Part shown: piece after piece, positions 35,335 to 44,457 of the stretch
Layout: every line of letters starts with the position of its first letter
Numbering within the stretch: the first letter of the stretch is position 1
Source of the DNA: a virus
Length of the DNA: 58,037 nucleotides
Strand: one strand, 5' to 3'
IMG/VR virus record: IMGVR_UViG_3300045988_081319
Program-made: the position numbers and the translations under genes
The notes under the pieces: model-generated
Database searches by the model: none
Seen by the model: the letters and a program-made list of their open reading frames with translations, nothing else
What the model was told of the DNA's origin: nothing

Positions 35335-36003
35335 TCAGCAACGCTTCCCGCCGTGGCGGTAGGGTCTGCTCTTGTTGTATTCGTGCTTTTCAATCATGAC
35401 GGCCTTCGGGTCTTCACAGCCGTGAGCTTCGAGCCAGACGAATACGCGGTAGATGATTGCTACAAGATGGCACATCGCTTCATCCAAACGCGCACCATTT
35501 GCTACCAAAGTGCTCTCCATCGCGTGCGTCGTCATGGCATGCAGCCTTGCAACGAAGACCGGAAATGGAGTTGCTTTGAAGGTTGCTTCAACACGTTCTC
35601 GCGTTTTATCACTCGGACGAATGAATTCATCAAAATCCACATCATCCGCATCGGAATCCAAGGTGAGTACACTGCCCATGAAATCCAGAATGCGAATGCA
35701 GCCGTCAATCAGCTCAACAGCGATGCCTTCCGGCTTCTTACCACGATGTGAGCATTTCTCCCGCGTTTCATAGTTCAGGCAATTGTTCTCGTCTTTCGGG
35801 TCGCAGGAATGTCCGTGACCGTCAGGCTCACATTCGCAGCAGTGATACCACTCCATCGGCCTTCCGGCGCGGTATTCCTCAAGAGCTTCGCTCCATTCAG
35901 AGTGAATAAGGGCAAAAATCTCGCTGACGCCTCGCTCAGCATCATACCAGCCGTGATCGACGGCGTTCTGATGAACTTCCTTCGCAAATTCTCCAAACTT
36001 CAT
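35335..36003 (-). CDS. MazG-like nucleotide pyrophosphohydrolase
   Basis: EIFALIHSEWSEALEEYR helix typical of the MazG/NTP-PPase family, with a Cys/His-rich insert. Confidence 0.55.
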   Translation of the reverse strand: MKFGEFAKEVHQNAVDHGWYDAERGVSEIFALIHSEWSEALEEYRAGRPMEWYHCCECEPDGHGHSCDPKDENNCLNYETREKCSHRGKKPEGIAVELIDGCIRILDFMGSVLTLDSDADDVDFDEFIRPSDKTRERVEATFKATPFPVFVARLHAMTTHAMESTLVANGARLDEAMCHLVAIIYRVFVWLEAHGCEDPKAVMIEKHEYNKSRPYRHGGKRC

Positions 36004-36017
36004 TCCTCTATTCTCCT

Positions 36018-36386
36018 TTACAGCCAAGTTTCAACGATCACCGGGTCATCATCCGGCGATTTTTGCACACAATAGAATCCTTCGGGAATGGTGGCCCTTG
36101 CTTCATCCAGCGTGTCACGGATGGTAATCAAGCGCATTGGCCTCGTCCCGTCGAACAAGCGCACAACATATTTGCCGGGGAAATCGCGCAGGTTTTTGTA
36201 GACGGTGAAGACCGGGAATATCTTCAGCTTCTCATGCCAATTCACGCCGCAAAAGCTATCAGCAATGATGCTGGTGTAAGCATCTTTTTCCACACGCCGC
36301 ATTTGCATCCGCTCAAAGATATTCGGGCCGTTACTCTTTTTCGGAATCGTCCGCATCTTCTTCGACTTTTTCACAGCTTCCTCCAA
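36018..36386 (-). CDS. Hypothetical protein (start ambiguous; GTG at 36374 has the best RBS)
   Basis: ORF with GGAGGAA upstream of the GTG. Overlaps the 3' end of the preceding gene. Confidence 0.55.
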   Translation of the reverse strand: MEEAVKKSKKMRTIPKKSNGPNIFERMQMRRVEKDAYTSIIADSFCGVNWHEKLKIFPVFTVYKNLRDFPGKYVVRLFDGTRPMRLITIRDTLDEARATIPEGFYCVQKSPDDDPVIVETWL

Positions 36387-36903
36387 TCGTCATTCCGGCA
36401 AACGGGCATTCTTTCCCGTCGTCCGGGTAATCGTAGTGATACGTTGCTTCGATGTCGCGCCGCAGTTGGCAGCGCCGGGCATCCTTTCCCGCCTTCTCAC
36501 AGCAGAAGCATTCATAACCAACGACTTTTTCCATGATTCTTTCCAGTGCTCGTTGGGGAACGTAGGTGAGCAGATTCCCATCATCGCGGCTCTGAGTAAT
36601 TTCCGGCTTTACTTCGACCACAATCCGCGTATACTTCAGCTCCTTTGAAATCTGAACCAGCTTGTTCTTCGGAACCGTCGTCAGAAGTTTCCGCACGAGT
36701 TTCTCTGCCACGGACTGAATCATGCGATAGTCGCGGTATGCTCCCGGAATGCTCCGAACCCGCTTGTCGAGTTCGCCAGCGCAGTTGTTGAACGTGCTGA
36801 CGACGCCGAACAGTTCGCGAAGCGCGTAGTATTCACGGCCAGACAAGGGAAAACGGTCAGGAACAGGTTGCGCCGTCGGTCGTTTTTTCTCCCGGCTGTT
36901 CAT
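36331..36903 (-). CDS. Hypothetical Cys-cluster protein
   Basis: 190 aa with a CFCCEK...RRC...ECPF cluster. Confidence 0.6.
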   Translation of the reverse strand: MNSREKKRPTAQPVPDRFPLSGREYYALRELFGVVSTFNNCAGELDKRVRSIPGAYRDYRMIQSVAEKLVRKLLTTVPKNKLVQISKELKYTRIVVEVKPEITQSRDDGNLLTYVPQRALERIMEKVVGYECFCCEKAGKDARRCQLRRDIEATYHYDYPDDGKECPFAGMTIGGSCEKVEEDADDSEKE

Positions 36904-37129
36904 CCAACAGCCTCCTTTCGAGCATGGTCACACAGTTGTCGAGAGTGTCGCGTTCGGCTCGAATAGCCCTATACTCCCGCGCCAGAATTTCATGCCGCCC
37001 CTGCAGGAAGCGGATTCGTCTGCCATAGCGGTCGCGGTCATGTTCTGCCTTTGCCAGCTTCCGGCGCGTTTCCGCATGAGCGCGGCGTTCAAGGTAAAGC
37101 TGCGCGACAAGGCGTTCTTCAAAGGTCAT
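36857..37129 (-). CDS. Hypothetical coiled-coil protein
   Basis: 90-aa Arg/Glu-rich helical ORF in an operon of overlapping genes. Confidence 0.5.
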   Translation of the reverse strand: MTFEERLVAQLYLERRAHAETRRKLAKAEHDRDRYGRRIRFLQGRHEILAREYRAIRAERDTLDNCVTMLERRLLDEQPGEKTTDGATCS

Positions 37130-37356
37130 CTGTACGTCCTCCCGGTACGTCTGTCTTTGACCTCGATGCGGGTTACCAAATCGAAGTCCGCAAGGTCGAT
37201 CACCGTTTTGATGGACTTAATTAGACGGTTGCAACGCAAGTCCGCTTCTTCTGTCTCACGCATGACGTTTGTGAGCGCATCGTGCGTGGTCAAATCCATG
37301 TATCCCTCCGGATTGCGCAGGGGGATACGGTTCTCGTCGTTCATCCTCGGATGCAC
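37126..37356 (-). CDS. Hypothetical small protein
   Basis: 76-aa ORF, translationally coupled on both sides. Confidence 0.55.
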   Translation of the reverse strand: MHPRMNDENRIPLRNPEGYMDLTTHDALTNVMRETEEADLRCNRLIKSIKTVIDLADFDLVTRIEVKDRRTGRTYR

Positions 37357-37886
37357 CTCCCGCAGGATTCCGGTTCATGGCACACACCGCCGTGCCATAC
37401 GCAATTCGGGACGAGATACTGCGCAATCTCCGGGCACACGCGAGCAGCTTCGCTACACATCAACTGCGCAACCTGCTGCGTTTTCTCGGAAGCCTTTCCA
37501 CATAGCCGCTTGTTTGCGACGTTCATGAGTTCTTCGGCGTTGCAGTAGAAGATCATGTGGACCGGCGTGGTTCGAGGTGCTTCGTCGCCATCTATCTTAT
37601 CCTGCCGGTCATTACGCAGACTGCTGATATACGGCTGCGCGTGGACGTGACGGGCGAAATGGGTGGAGATATTGGACGGGACGTTCTCCACCAGAAATGC
37701 GAAGTTCAAAACCCTCACAGGGGAATGACGAGCGTTGAGCAAAGCGCTCAAGAGCTTAGACGACGGCGGCAGCGACGGCATCTCCGTTTTGCCCATCGTA
37801 ACCCATACGCAGCGCTTGAACAGCGTCAGCTCTCGCTCTTCGGGCCAATAGATGGCGGTGACTTTGGTTTCCAGTTTGTCTTGCAT
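37341..37886 (-). CDS. ThyX-like protein (divergent, short)
   Basis: ARHSPVRVLNFAFLVENVPSNISTHFARHVH..SSLRNDR resembles the ThyX HeS..ftF..S..hqlvRHR..S.RY core. Trimmed to MQDKLE. Confidence 0.45.
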   Translation of the reverse strand: MQDKLETKVTAIYWPEERELTLFKRCVWVTMGKTEMPSLPPSSKLLSALLNARHSPVRVLNFAFLVENVPSNISTHFARHVHAQPYISSLRNDRQDKIDGDEAPRTTPVHMIFYCNAEELMNVANKRLCGKASEKTQQVAQLMCSEAARVCPEIAQYLVPNCVWHGGVCHEPESCGRCIRG

Positions 37887-38031
37887 ATCACAAGCTCCTT
37901 TCATATGCCTTTATGTACTCTCGCGGAATGCGGCCGTGGTGGACGCGCCGGTTTTCCGACTTCCGTAAGCCCGTTGCGCAAGATGCCCTTGATGTGCCGA
38001 TCTGCGCAAAAGTGATAGAACGTCATCGGCA

Positions 38032-38499
38032 TCACCTCCCGAAAGCCAGTAGGAACAGCTTGTAGATCACCGCAGGATAAGCAAGCCAGACGAGAACGAT
38101 TGCCGACCACTTGAGGAATCGCTCTGACCGGCTGGGTTTCAGTTGGGCTGTGGGCATCGGCTCCCACGCCTCGTAGCCGCCTCCGGCTTTGCATTCGTTT
38201 TCGACGTTCAAACGGCAATCGACGCCGCCGATGCTGTTCTTGCATCCTTCGCACGGACAATGTTTCATGGTTTCTTTGTCTCCTTTCCTGCAAGCAGACC
38301 ATCGAAAATGCTGATCTGCCGCATGTTCTTCGGCGTTTTCTTCTGCCCCATGCTCGAAATACAGGGCTGTTTCCGTGCTGTCCGTCGTGTTTCCCGCCGG
38401 GATAACCTCGTAGTGGTTTCCGGTCTTGCGAATGCAGCGGGTGCAATGTACCCAATCACCGAGTTTCATCCACGGCCACGCTTCCTTCCGCAGAATCAT
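38032..38499 (-). CDS. Hypothetical Cys-rich protein with C-terminal TM anchor
   Basis: 155 aa with CPCEGCKNSIGGVDC and WSAIVLVWLAYPAVIYKLFLLAF. Confidence 0.6.
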   Translation of the reverse strand: MILRKEAWPWMKLGDWVHCTRCIRKTGNHYEVIPAGNTTDSTETALYFEHGAEENAEEHAADQHFRWSACRKGDKETMKHCPCEGCKNSIGGVDCRLNVENECKAGGGYEAWEPMPTAQLKPSRSERFLKWSAIVLVWLAYPAVIYKLFLLAFGR

Positions 38500-38887
38500 T
38501 GCTCCACGGTCTACTCGCTCGTTCTTCCTCGGACGGTTTGCTCAGCCAGCATCGCCAATTCTTTCGGTAGTCCTCCAACGGATAATCGGTGATTTCTCCG
38601 TCTCTGCTTGCAAAGGCGATGCAAGGGCAGTAGCTGTTCGCATCATCGCAAACCTTGCCATAGACCAGCATGGCGACCACCGGAAGCGCTTGCCCGTCCA
38701 GCGTTTCTTCCATCCATATGACTTCAGCCTTTTCGATTTCTTCCGGCTTCAGCACGCGGCTCGCAGGTTTGGCGCGGTTCGCGGTAGTCTCCCAGACTTC
38801 GCTCACCGTTTCGCATTTCGGGCTGCTGCTCTTACACTTCGGGCAAAAAAACTCAAGATAGCCCGCCCATTTCGGACAAAGGAACAT
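38456..38887 (-). CDS. Hypothetical zinc-ribbon-like protein
   Basis: 143 aa with an N-terminal CPKW..CPKC motif. Confidence 0.55.
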   Translation of the reverse strand: MFLCPKWAGYLEFFCPKCKSSSPKCETVSEVWETTANRAKPASRVLKPEEIEKAEVIWMEETLDGQALPVVAMLVYGKVCDDANSYCPCIAFASRDGEITDYPLEDYRKNWRCWLSKPSEEERASRPWSNDSAEGSVAVDETR

Positions 38888-38936
38888 TTCGGCTCCGCAG
38901 TATGGGCAACGCGGAAGTTCTTTGAAACTGGCTATT

Positions 38937-39740
38937 TTATTTCACCTCCCAAGGAAATTCCTGCTTGAAATCATCACCCATCAATCCGCGCAGGCTGTCT
39001 TTCATGAAGAGCGGTTTCCTACGCCGCTTGCACTCTGCGGCGATTTCATCAATCCATTCCTTCTGTGGCACAACCTTGCCTTTTCGATTGCTGGTTTCTG
39101 CGCCCACAATCACCCAATCAGGCATTACCTGCATGGTTCCAACCGGTTCGAGAATCGGCTCTATGGAGCAGAACGTATGCGGATTGTCGTCCGGCACCTG
39201 GCTGAAAAAGAATGGTTCGTTTGCGCCCGTTATTGTTGAGCCATACCAGAAAGAATCACGAACGCGCAGAATACCGTTTCCGTACAGGTCTACATATCGT
39301 TTCGGGTTCTTGGTGAGAAACAGATACCGATGCTGAGGCGCCGCCTCGCAAGCTTCGAATACCTGCTCAATCCATTCGTCCGGAACCCACTCGCCGAAGA
39401 GGTCGGCCATGCTGCACACAAAGATGGCGCGGGGCTTCTTCCAGCACTGCGGCTCATCCAATTTGTAGCGATGGAAGGTGGGATCAAACGCAAATGGATA
39501 GGGCGCTTTTTTGCCGCTGTAAGCATCTACGAGCGGATAATCAAGCTCATGTGTATCACCCTCCGCATGCAACCGTACAACGTCATACATTCCATATCGA
39601 TTTTCCAGTTCATCTTCGTAATCCACACCGCCGAATCGCTCTGCAATCTTCCGCGCATAGCAGTATGCGCATCCGTGCAGGCAACCCGTTACTGGATTCC
39701 ATGTGCTGTCGCACCAGTCGATTTTCGTTTTCGCACCCAT
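38937..39740 (-). CDS. Gp37/Gp68-family (DUF5131) phage protein
   Basis: N-terminal signature KIDWCDSTWNPVTGCLHGCAYCYA. Confidence 0.75.
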   Translation of the reverse strand: MGAKTKIDWCDSTWNPVTGCLHGCAYCYARKIAERFGGVDYEDELENRYGMYDVVRLHAEGDTHELDYPLVDAYSGKKAPYPFAFDPTFHRYKLDEPQCWKKPRAIFVCSMADLFGEWVPDEWIEQVFEACEAAPQHRYLFLTKNPKRYVDLYGNGILRVRDSFWYGSTITGANEPFFFSQVPDDNPHTFCSIEPILEPVGTMQVMPDWVIVGAETSNRKGKVVPQKEWIDEIAAECKRRRKPLFMKDSLRGLMGDDFKQEFPWEVK

Positions 39741-39743
39741 GTG

Positions 39744-40211
39744 CTACCTCCTTATTTCGTAACCGACGTCAATACCATCGGCCACCATTCTCGCACAGTA
39801 TCGCTTCATGGTAACGTAGTCGCCCGTCTCTATTGCTTGTCGAAGATCAGCGCTCCTGCCCGATTGATTCATGCTCTTTGAGTTGCCGAGAATAGAGAGG
39901 GCTTTCCTTGCGCCTTGAAGAATTTCGCCCTTCCTTGCCATGAAGTCGTTGGGAGCCTCCGGCGGAATGGGTACGAGATCGACGCTTCCATCGTCAATCA
40001 GCCTTTCGCAGTCGCTGAACATCGACAACTGCACAGGCGCGGAAGACAGTTCCTTCAAGCGCCTATTCGCATAGATGATGTGGTTCCGCACCAGATTCAG
40101 ATTGACGCCATCCGGCCATAAGGGGTCATTGCTTCCGTTTTTCCTGATGGCATTCCATCTTTCCAGCTCCTTCAGGGCATCGGCTCTGATGGATTCAGCC
40201 GTTTCTGCCAT
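39744..40211 (-). CDS. Hypothetical protein
   Basis: Trimmed to MAETAES behind GGGAGGA. Confidence 0.55.
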   Translation of the reverse strand: MAETAESIRADALKELERWNAIRKNGSNDPLWPDGVNLNLVRNHIIYANRRLKELSSAPVQLSMFSDCERLIDDGSVDLVPIPPEAPNDFMARKGEILQGARKALSILGNSKSMNQSGRSADLRQAIETGDYVTMKRYCARMVADGIDVGYEIRR

Positions 40212-40393
40212 TTGGCATCCTCCCTTCTCGGACAGCAAGCGGAGCGTCCTTCGGTCAGCGCTTTCAGGCCCTTCATTGCTCCGCTGACATCACCAGCGAG
40301 CACCTGCCCTTTGAGCGTTTTCATCTGCTGAGAACTCAAGCGCGAGCGCTGGGCTTTGATTGCTTTGAGTGCATAAGCGATGGGCACGTCCAT
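40172..40393 (-). CDS. Hypothetical small protein
   Basis: MDVPIAYALKAIKAQRS... start coupled to the stop of the preceding small TM ORF (TGAGCATG). Confidence 0.45.
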   Translation of the reverse strand: MDVPIAYALKAIKAQRSRLSSQQMKTLKGQVLAGDVSGAMKGLKALTEGRSACCPRREDAKWQKRLNPSEPMP

Positions 40394-40395
40394 GC

Positions 40396-40548
40396 TCACC
40401 ACCCTTTCAGCCAGTAGAACGCCCTGCCCAACAGGTTGCTGACGGTTGCCAGCGGAAACATAGCAACGAGCACGGGCAGGAGGACAATATACGCCACAAA
40501 CCGGAACGTGAACCGCTCCACCGCCCATATCGCGTAATGGTTTCTCAT
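40396..40548 (-). CDS. Small membrane protein (50 aa)
   Basis: MRNHYAIWAVERFTFRFVAYIVLLPVLVAMFPLATV behind AGGGAGG. Below the ORF-track cutoff. Confidence 0.45.
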   Translation of the reverse strand: MRNHYAIWAVERFTFRFVAYIVLLPVLVAMFPLATVSNLLGRAFYWLKGW

Positions 40549-40559
40549 ACCGGCCTCCC

Positions 40560-40892
40560 TCAGCGAACAAACATCGTCGCCTTGCCCTGCGTCTTCATCC
40601 GATTGGCGAAGACAGATTCAAGGTTGAGCTCGCGGCGCAGTTCCTCATTGTCCGCCGCCAGCGTGTCGATCTGCTGGCGGAGTTCTGCGCGATACCGCCG
40701 CTGGGCGTCGCTCTCATAGTCGCGGCCCTGCCGGTAGGCATCCTTGCAGGTCAAATCAGAAATCCTGCGGTTGCTTCCTTCGAGCTGCCGCTCGTACTGC
40801 GCCCGCTGCTCCCTGAGCTTCTTGTTCATCACATGAACAAAGATCAGTGCGGACGCTCCGCCAGCAACGTATCCGACAATCAACTGCCACAT
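40560..40892 (-). CDS. Membrane-anchored coiled-coil protein
   Basis: Trimmed to MWQLIVGYVAGGASALIFVHV behind AAGGAGGAA. First gene after the promoter at 40944-40972. Confidence 0.6.
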   Translation of the reverse strand: MWQLIVGYVAGGASALIFVHVMNKKLREQRAQYERQLEGSNRRISDLTCKDAYRQGRDYESDAQRRYRAELRQQIDTLAADNEELRRELNLESVFANRMKTQGKATMFVR

Positions 40893-40943
40893 ACCTACGT
40901 TTCCTCCTTGTGATGGGGTTGTTTTTGCATTTTCTACGATTAT

Positions 40944-40972
40944 ATTATACTGCATTATCTTATATTTGTCAA
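40944..40972 (-). promoter_or_regulatory. sigma70-type promoter of the middle unit
   Basis: Minus strand TTGACA (40972..40967), 17-nt spacer, TATAAT (40949..40944). Confidence 0.65.
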
Positions 40973-40984
40973 TGGGTATGGCGC

Positions 40985-41008
40985 AAAAATTTGAGTTTTC
41001 ACTCAAAT
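40985..41008 (-). terminator. Intrinsic terminator overlapping the RuvC-like gene stop
   Basis: Minus strand ATTTGAGT-GAAA-ACTCAAAT followed by TTTT. Confidence 0.6.
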
Positions 41009-41511
41009 AATTTCGCTCTATCCCGTTCGATTTCTTTCTTGTAGAGGTGTGTATAACCGACCGCAAACGCGGCCCAAACGTCCTTCGCAAAGCCGTAGAA
41101 GAAGTCCGGCTGTTTCTTTGTGCCTTTGCCATTCTTCAGATCATGCTCCGCAAATCGGTCAATCAGCGCCCTGCGGATATTCGCATCCCCGGCGCTCATA
41201 TTGTGACAGATAAACTTCTTTTCTTCAGTCCGAAAGACGTACTGCGCGTCAGCTCCGCGCACGTCCTTGATGATCTGGCTGAAGCGCCCAATCCATTCGC
41301 AGGTGTCGAACACTTCTCGCCCGACGGCCATGCCGTAACAGGCGACGCGCTCAATAACATACTCATCTGCGGAGAAACGCTCGTCCGTTTTGAGCATTTC
41401 TTCGAGGGCAGCGTTCTCTACTTTCCCAAAGTGGAGCGGCTTGCAGTCTGCCGACTGCATGATGACATAAGCCGAATAAACATTTCCAGGGTCAATCGCA
41501 ACCAGCAACAC
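40999..41511 (-). CDS. RuvC-like Holliday junction resolvase
   Basis: N-terminus LLVAIDPGNVYSAYV (catalytic Asp context). 170 aa, downstream of the replication genes. Confidence 0.6.
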   Translation of the reverse strand: MLLVAIDPGNVYSAYVIMQSADCKPLHFGKVENAALEEMLKTDERFSADEYVIERVACYGMAVGREVFDTCEWIGRFSQIIKDVRGADAQYVFRTEEKKFICHNMSAGDANIRRALIDRFAEHDLKNGKGTKKQPDFFYGFAKDVWAAFAVGYTHLYKKEIERDRAKLFE

Positions 41512-41525
41512 GCAAGCCGCCTCCT

Positions 41526-42419
41526 TCAGTCTCCAAGCAGGATATTGTTGATTTCGTCATAGTCTTTTTCCGCCGTGTTCCAACGCCATGACGGGCCGGT
41601 AAACTCGACGGGGTGGCAGATTTCAAAGATTCTCTCGTACACTCTGCGCTTCCGCATGTTTGGTTCATGCTGCATCTGATAAAGGCTCAGGTTCGTTGTA
41701 ATAATCATCGGGCGTTTCGCCCCATATCTGCTGTCGATGATCTCGAACACCTGCTCCATTTTGTAGTCGGTTTCGCGTTCGGTTCCGAGATCGTCAATGA
41801 CAAGCAGCCTTGCCGCATTCATCTTGCGGACAAGCAGCCGCTGTTCCTCGGCTTCCTTGGAGAACGGGCCGGACGCGGAAGTCAGCTTGATGATAGAAGT
41901 CACAATCAGCGGCACACGCTTTTTCAGCAGGGCGTTGGCGATGCAGGATGCAAGATAGGTTTTGCCGGTGCTCGGTTCGCCATAGAACAGCAGCCCCTTA
42001 TTCCGGGCATACATTTCCTCGAACTTTTCAACATACCGCTTTGCCAGTTTGAACTGCCTCTGGTTATATTCGTTGATCTTGAAGTTCTCGAACGTGCTTT
42101 CCTTGAAGCGGTCGTCAATCAGGCTGAATGAGAACAGATCGTCGCAGCGTTTCTGTTCCTCGCGCCGCACCTTTTCCTCTTCCTCTCTGCGGATTTTTTC
42201 TTCTCCGCAAGCGCAGAGCGTCGGAACGACGCGCTCGCCAAGATATGGGACGTTCAGCTTTCGTTCCTTGCGCTTTCCGCATACGCCGCACACAAGCAAT
42301 CCCTCTTCGTTGCGATAATCGCCATTCTCTTCTTTCGGACAGTCGTAACCGACCATATTCACCAACGACTGCATCATCGCTACGCCCGCCGGGGTCATTT
42401 TATCGTCCATAGCCGTCAC
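41526..42419 (-). CDS. DnaC/IstB-like AAA+ helicase loader with N-terminal zinc-ribbon
   Basis: Walker A GEPSTGKT, Walker B LLVIDDLGTE, and a CGVCGK...CACGE motif. Confidence 0.75.
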   Translation of the reverse strand: MTAMDDKMTPAGVAMMQSLVNMVGYDCPKEENGDYRNEEGLLVCGVCGKRKERKLNVPYLGERVVPTLCACGEEKIRREEEEKVRREEQKRCDDLFSFSLIDDRFKESTFENFKINEYNQRQFKLAKRYVEKFEEMYARNKGLLFYGEPSTGKTYLASCIANALLKKRVPLIVTSIIKLTSASGPFSKEAEEQRLLVRKMNAARLLVIDDLGTERETDYKMEQVFEIIDSRYGAKRPMIITTNLSLYQMQHEPNMRKRRVYERIFEICHPVEFTGPSWRWNTAEKDYDEINNILLGD

Positions 42420-43153
42420 CTCTTAAAAGGATTCCCGCCACTCGGCTTGTTGGATGGCGGAGCATAGGATACGCTACTTCCGCCCTTGCTTTTGCTATTG
42501 TCTTGCTCCCTCGCAAGCCAGCCATAGATGTACCGCTTGATTCCAGCCTTCGTTTTGCGGCGCGTAGGATTGCCTTCGAGCCAGCCCGCCGCATTTCGCA
42601 GTTCCTGCATAACGTCAACCGCAGGATAAAGAGCCTGATAACGCTCGGCTTCAGAACGAGTGACCTTATACGTTCCGCCGTCGTTCAGCACCATCTCGAC
42701 AACAACCGGGTCATCGGCGCTCGGCTGATTTTCTCTGCCGTCATGCGTTTCCGCCTGTTTGGACGTGCATTCGCCTGCTTGCGCTTGATTGCAGTTGATT
42801 TCAGGCAGTTCCTCGTCTGCTTCCTCCGGACGCGGATATTTCGGCTTCTTGGCTCTGATTTGCTGATTCCGCTCCCAGCCGGTCAGGTGCAGATACGGTC
42901 TTCCTTTGCAGTGGTACACCTCTACCAAGCCTTCCTCGCACAGGCGCTTGAGCGCTTTTTCAACCTCGCTGTCCTTCATCGTACCGCAGCGCAGCGTAAA
43001 CAGCTTTGCCTTGAGGACGGAGACGCGCCCGTCCATCAGTCCGTAATCATCGACGTTCACGATCAAACGATAAAAGAACGTTTCTTCAAACGCGGTCAGC
43101 CGATCGATCTGCTCGTTTGCGCAAATACCCTCCTTGATGATTCGGTTCGGCAT
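42416..43153 (-). CDS. Replisome organizer / DnaD-like replication protein
   Basis: N-terminus MPNRIIKEGICANEQIDRL..FFYRLIVNVDDYG and a C-terminal WLEGNPTRRKTKAGIKRYIYGWL box. Confidence 0.55.
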   Translation of the reverse strand: MPNRIIKEGICANEQIDRLTAFEETFFYRLIVNVDDYGLMDGRVSVLKAKLFTLRCGTMKDSEVEKALKRLCEEGLVEVYHCKGRPYLHLTGWERNQQIRAKKPKYPRPEEADEELPEINCNQAQAGECTSKQAETHDGRENQPSADDPVVVEMVLNDGGTYKVTRSEAERYQALYPAVDVMQELRNAAGWLEGNPTRRKTKAGIKRYIYGWLAREQDNSKSKGGSSVSYAPPSNKPSGGNPFKR

Positions 43154-43215
43154 TGTCTGTATCGCCTCCTTCCTGAAGACCGGGGCGGTATGTCCGCCCC
43201 GGCTTTGCTGATTGC

Positions 43216-44055
43216 TTACGCGAGTACGACTACGCCGTAACCGTACAGCTTGCTTTCGAGATAGTTCTTGATGTTCGCAACCGCAGCGTTCTTCCAAGCG
43301 CCGCCATCGGCTTCAAAGAGCGCGACATCCGCGTCGCCATTCACGCGCAAGGTGAAATTGCTCTCCGGCTGGTCCACCTCAGAGAAGGTACGCATAGGCT
43401 TGAGGGGAACCGGATTCTGAAGCGTGACGTTCTGTGCGAGTGATACGCCCTGCTTGACGGTCAGCACCTGAGATACGCCATCGTCGGTCACGTTGCAATT
43501 CTGCTCTTTCGTCAGAGACTTGACGATCTTGAAAAGCTCCGCTCGCACAGGCGTTTCAATGAAGGTGGAAAGAAGCTGCACGTTGAACTGCTCGATGTCC
43601 ATGTAGCTGTCGAAGCGGATGTCCGGCACATGCGCCTCCACGCAAGCGATGCAATGGCGAGCCTTCTTGTACTTCGAGGGCTGAGACATCAGTCTGACAA
43701 TGTGATGATTCACCACCTGCAAAATCAACCGGTCGCCGCCCTTTGCTTCGGAATCAAGCTGCGGAATATTGCCCTCGGCATTCTCGCGAATATAATCGAT
43801 CAGGCCGTCAAGGGTGAAGAAAACATACCGCTCCGGGACAGGTTCGTCGTCCGGAATGGGCGCCGTAATCGGGCGCCAGCGAAGGTTACTGCTGTCCCAA
43901 TAGTGCTGAACGCCGTCAATTTCAATGAGCTTCTGGTTTACCGCCAGCTCGTTCTTTGCGTCGTTCTTGCCCTGGGATACCAGATACTGCGCCAGCTCAG
44001 TGGCGCCGTTGAAGAAACCGTTACTCTTGGGTTCGATGTTGGGGGTAGTAGCCAT
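43216..44055 (-). CDS. Hypothetical protein (recombination module)
   Basis: 279-aa ORF. Size and context are reminiscent of DUF2303/YfdQ-type prophage proteins, but this is unverified. Confidence 0.5.
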   Translation of the reverse strand: MATTPNIEPKSNGFFNGATELAQYLVSQGKNDAKNELAVNQKLIEIDGVQHYWDSSNLRWRPITAPIPDDEPVPERYVFFTLDGLIDYIRENAEGNIPQLDSEAKGGDRLILQVVNHHIVRLMSQPSKYKKARHCIACVEAHVPDIRFDSYMDIEQFNVQLLSTFIETPVRAELFKIVKSLTKEQNCNVTDDGVSQVLTVKQGVSLAQNVTLQNPVPLKPMRTFSEVDQPESNFTLRVNGDADVALFEADGGAWKNAAVANIKNYLESKLYGYGVVVLA

Positions 44056-44076
44056 ACGTCAATCATCCTTTCTCGT

Positions 44077-44454
44077 TCACTTGACTGCTTCGAGCCGCCC
44101 AAAGCTGATGGTGCTGGGCAAAGGGGCTTCATTGCCTTCCATGTCAAGCTGCCCCGGAACCTGCTCCGTGCGCTCCGTAGCAGTAATCGTGCCGTCTGCG
44201 CCGAGACTGAGCATGACCGTCTGCGTAAGCGCCACATGCGGTGCGAGCTTGGAGGACACATTCACATGGAACTGTACGGAATCGCGCCGCTCATTGGGAA
44301 CGATTTTGACCTCCATCACGACCTTCCGCGCTGCGGTCGGATTCGTGTTGGGGTCGTAGACGTTCTGCCACACTTTCGTAAGCTCCTGATTGAAGCGTTC
44401 CTCCAAGCCTCCGTCCATCAGGTCGGACAGGCTTTTGATGGGTCTTTCAGCCAT
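44077..44454 (-). CDS. Hypothetical protein
   Basis: 125-aa ORF following the annealing protein gene. Confidence 0.55.
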   Translation of the reverse strand: MAERPIKSLSDLMDGGLEERFNQELTKVWQNVYDPNTNPTAARKVVMEVKIVPNERRDSVQFHVNVSSKLAPHVALTQTVMLSLGADGTITATERTEQVPGQLDMEGNEAPLPSTISFGRLEAVK

Positions 44455-44457
44455 TGC

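Noticed and set aside
37901-38455. 184-aa minus-strand ORF overlapping 38032-38499 in another frame.
   Set aside because: It is mostly an Arg-rich out-of-frame overlap. Only the last ~41 codons (MTFYHFCADRHIKGILRNGL..., 38026..37901, behind GGAGGTG) look protein-like. That piece may be a truncated gene remnant and is too uncertain to list.
40394-40570. N-terminal 59 codons of ORF 40172-40570.
   Set aside because: This part is Gly/Pro/Cys/Arg-rich with no RBS. The region is better explained by a 50-aa TM ORF in another frame (40548..40396, AGGGAGG RBS), coupled to a start at 40393.
40560-41132. Full-length 190-aa ORF reading through the terminator and promoter at 40944-41008.
   Set aside because: Its N-terminal 80 codons translate the terminator/promoter cassette and overlap the RuvC-like gene's 3' end. 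It was trimmed to the Met at 40892, which has a strong RBS.
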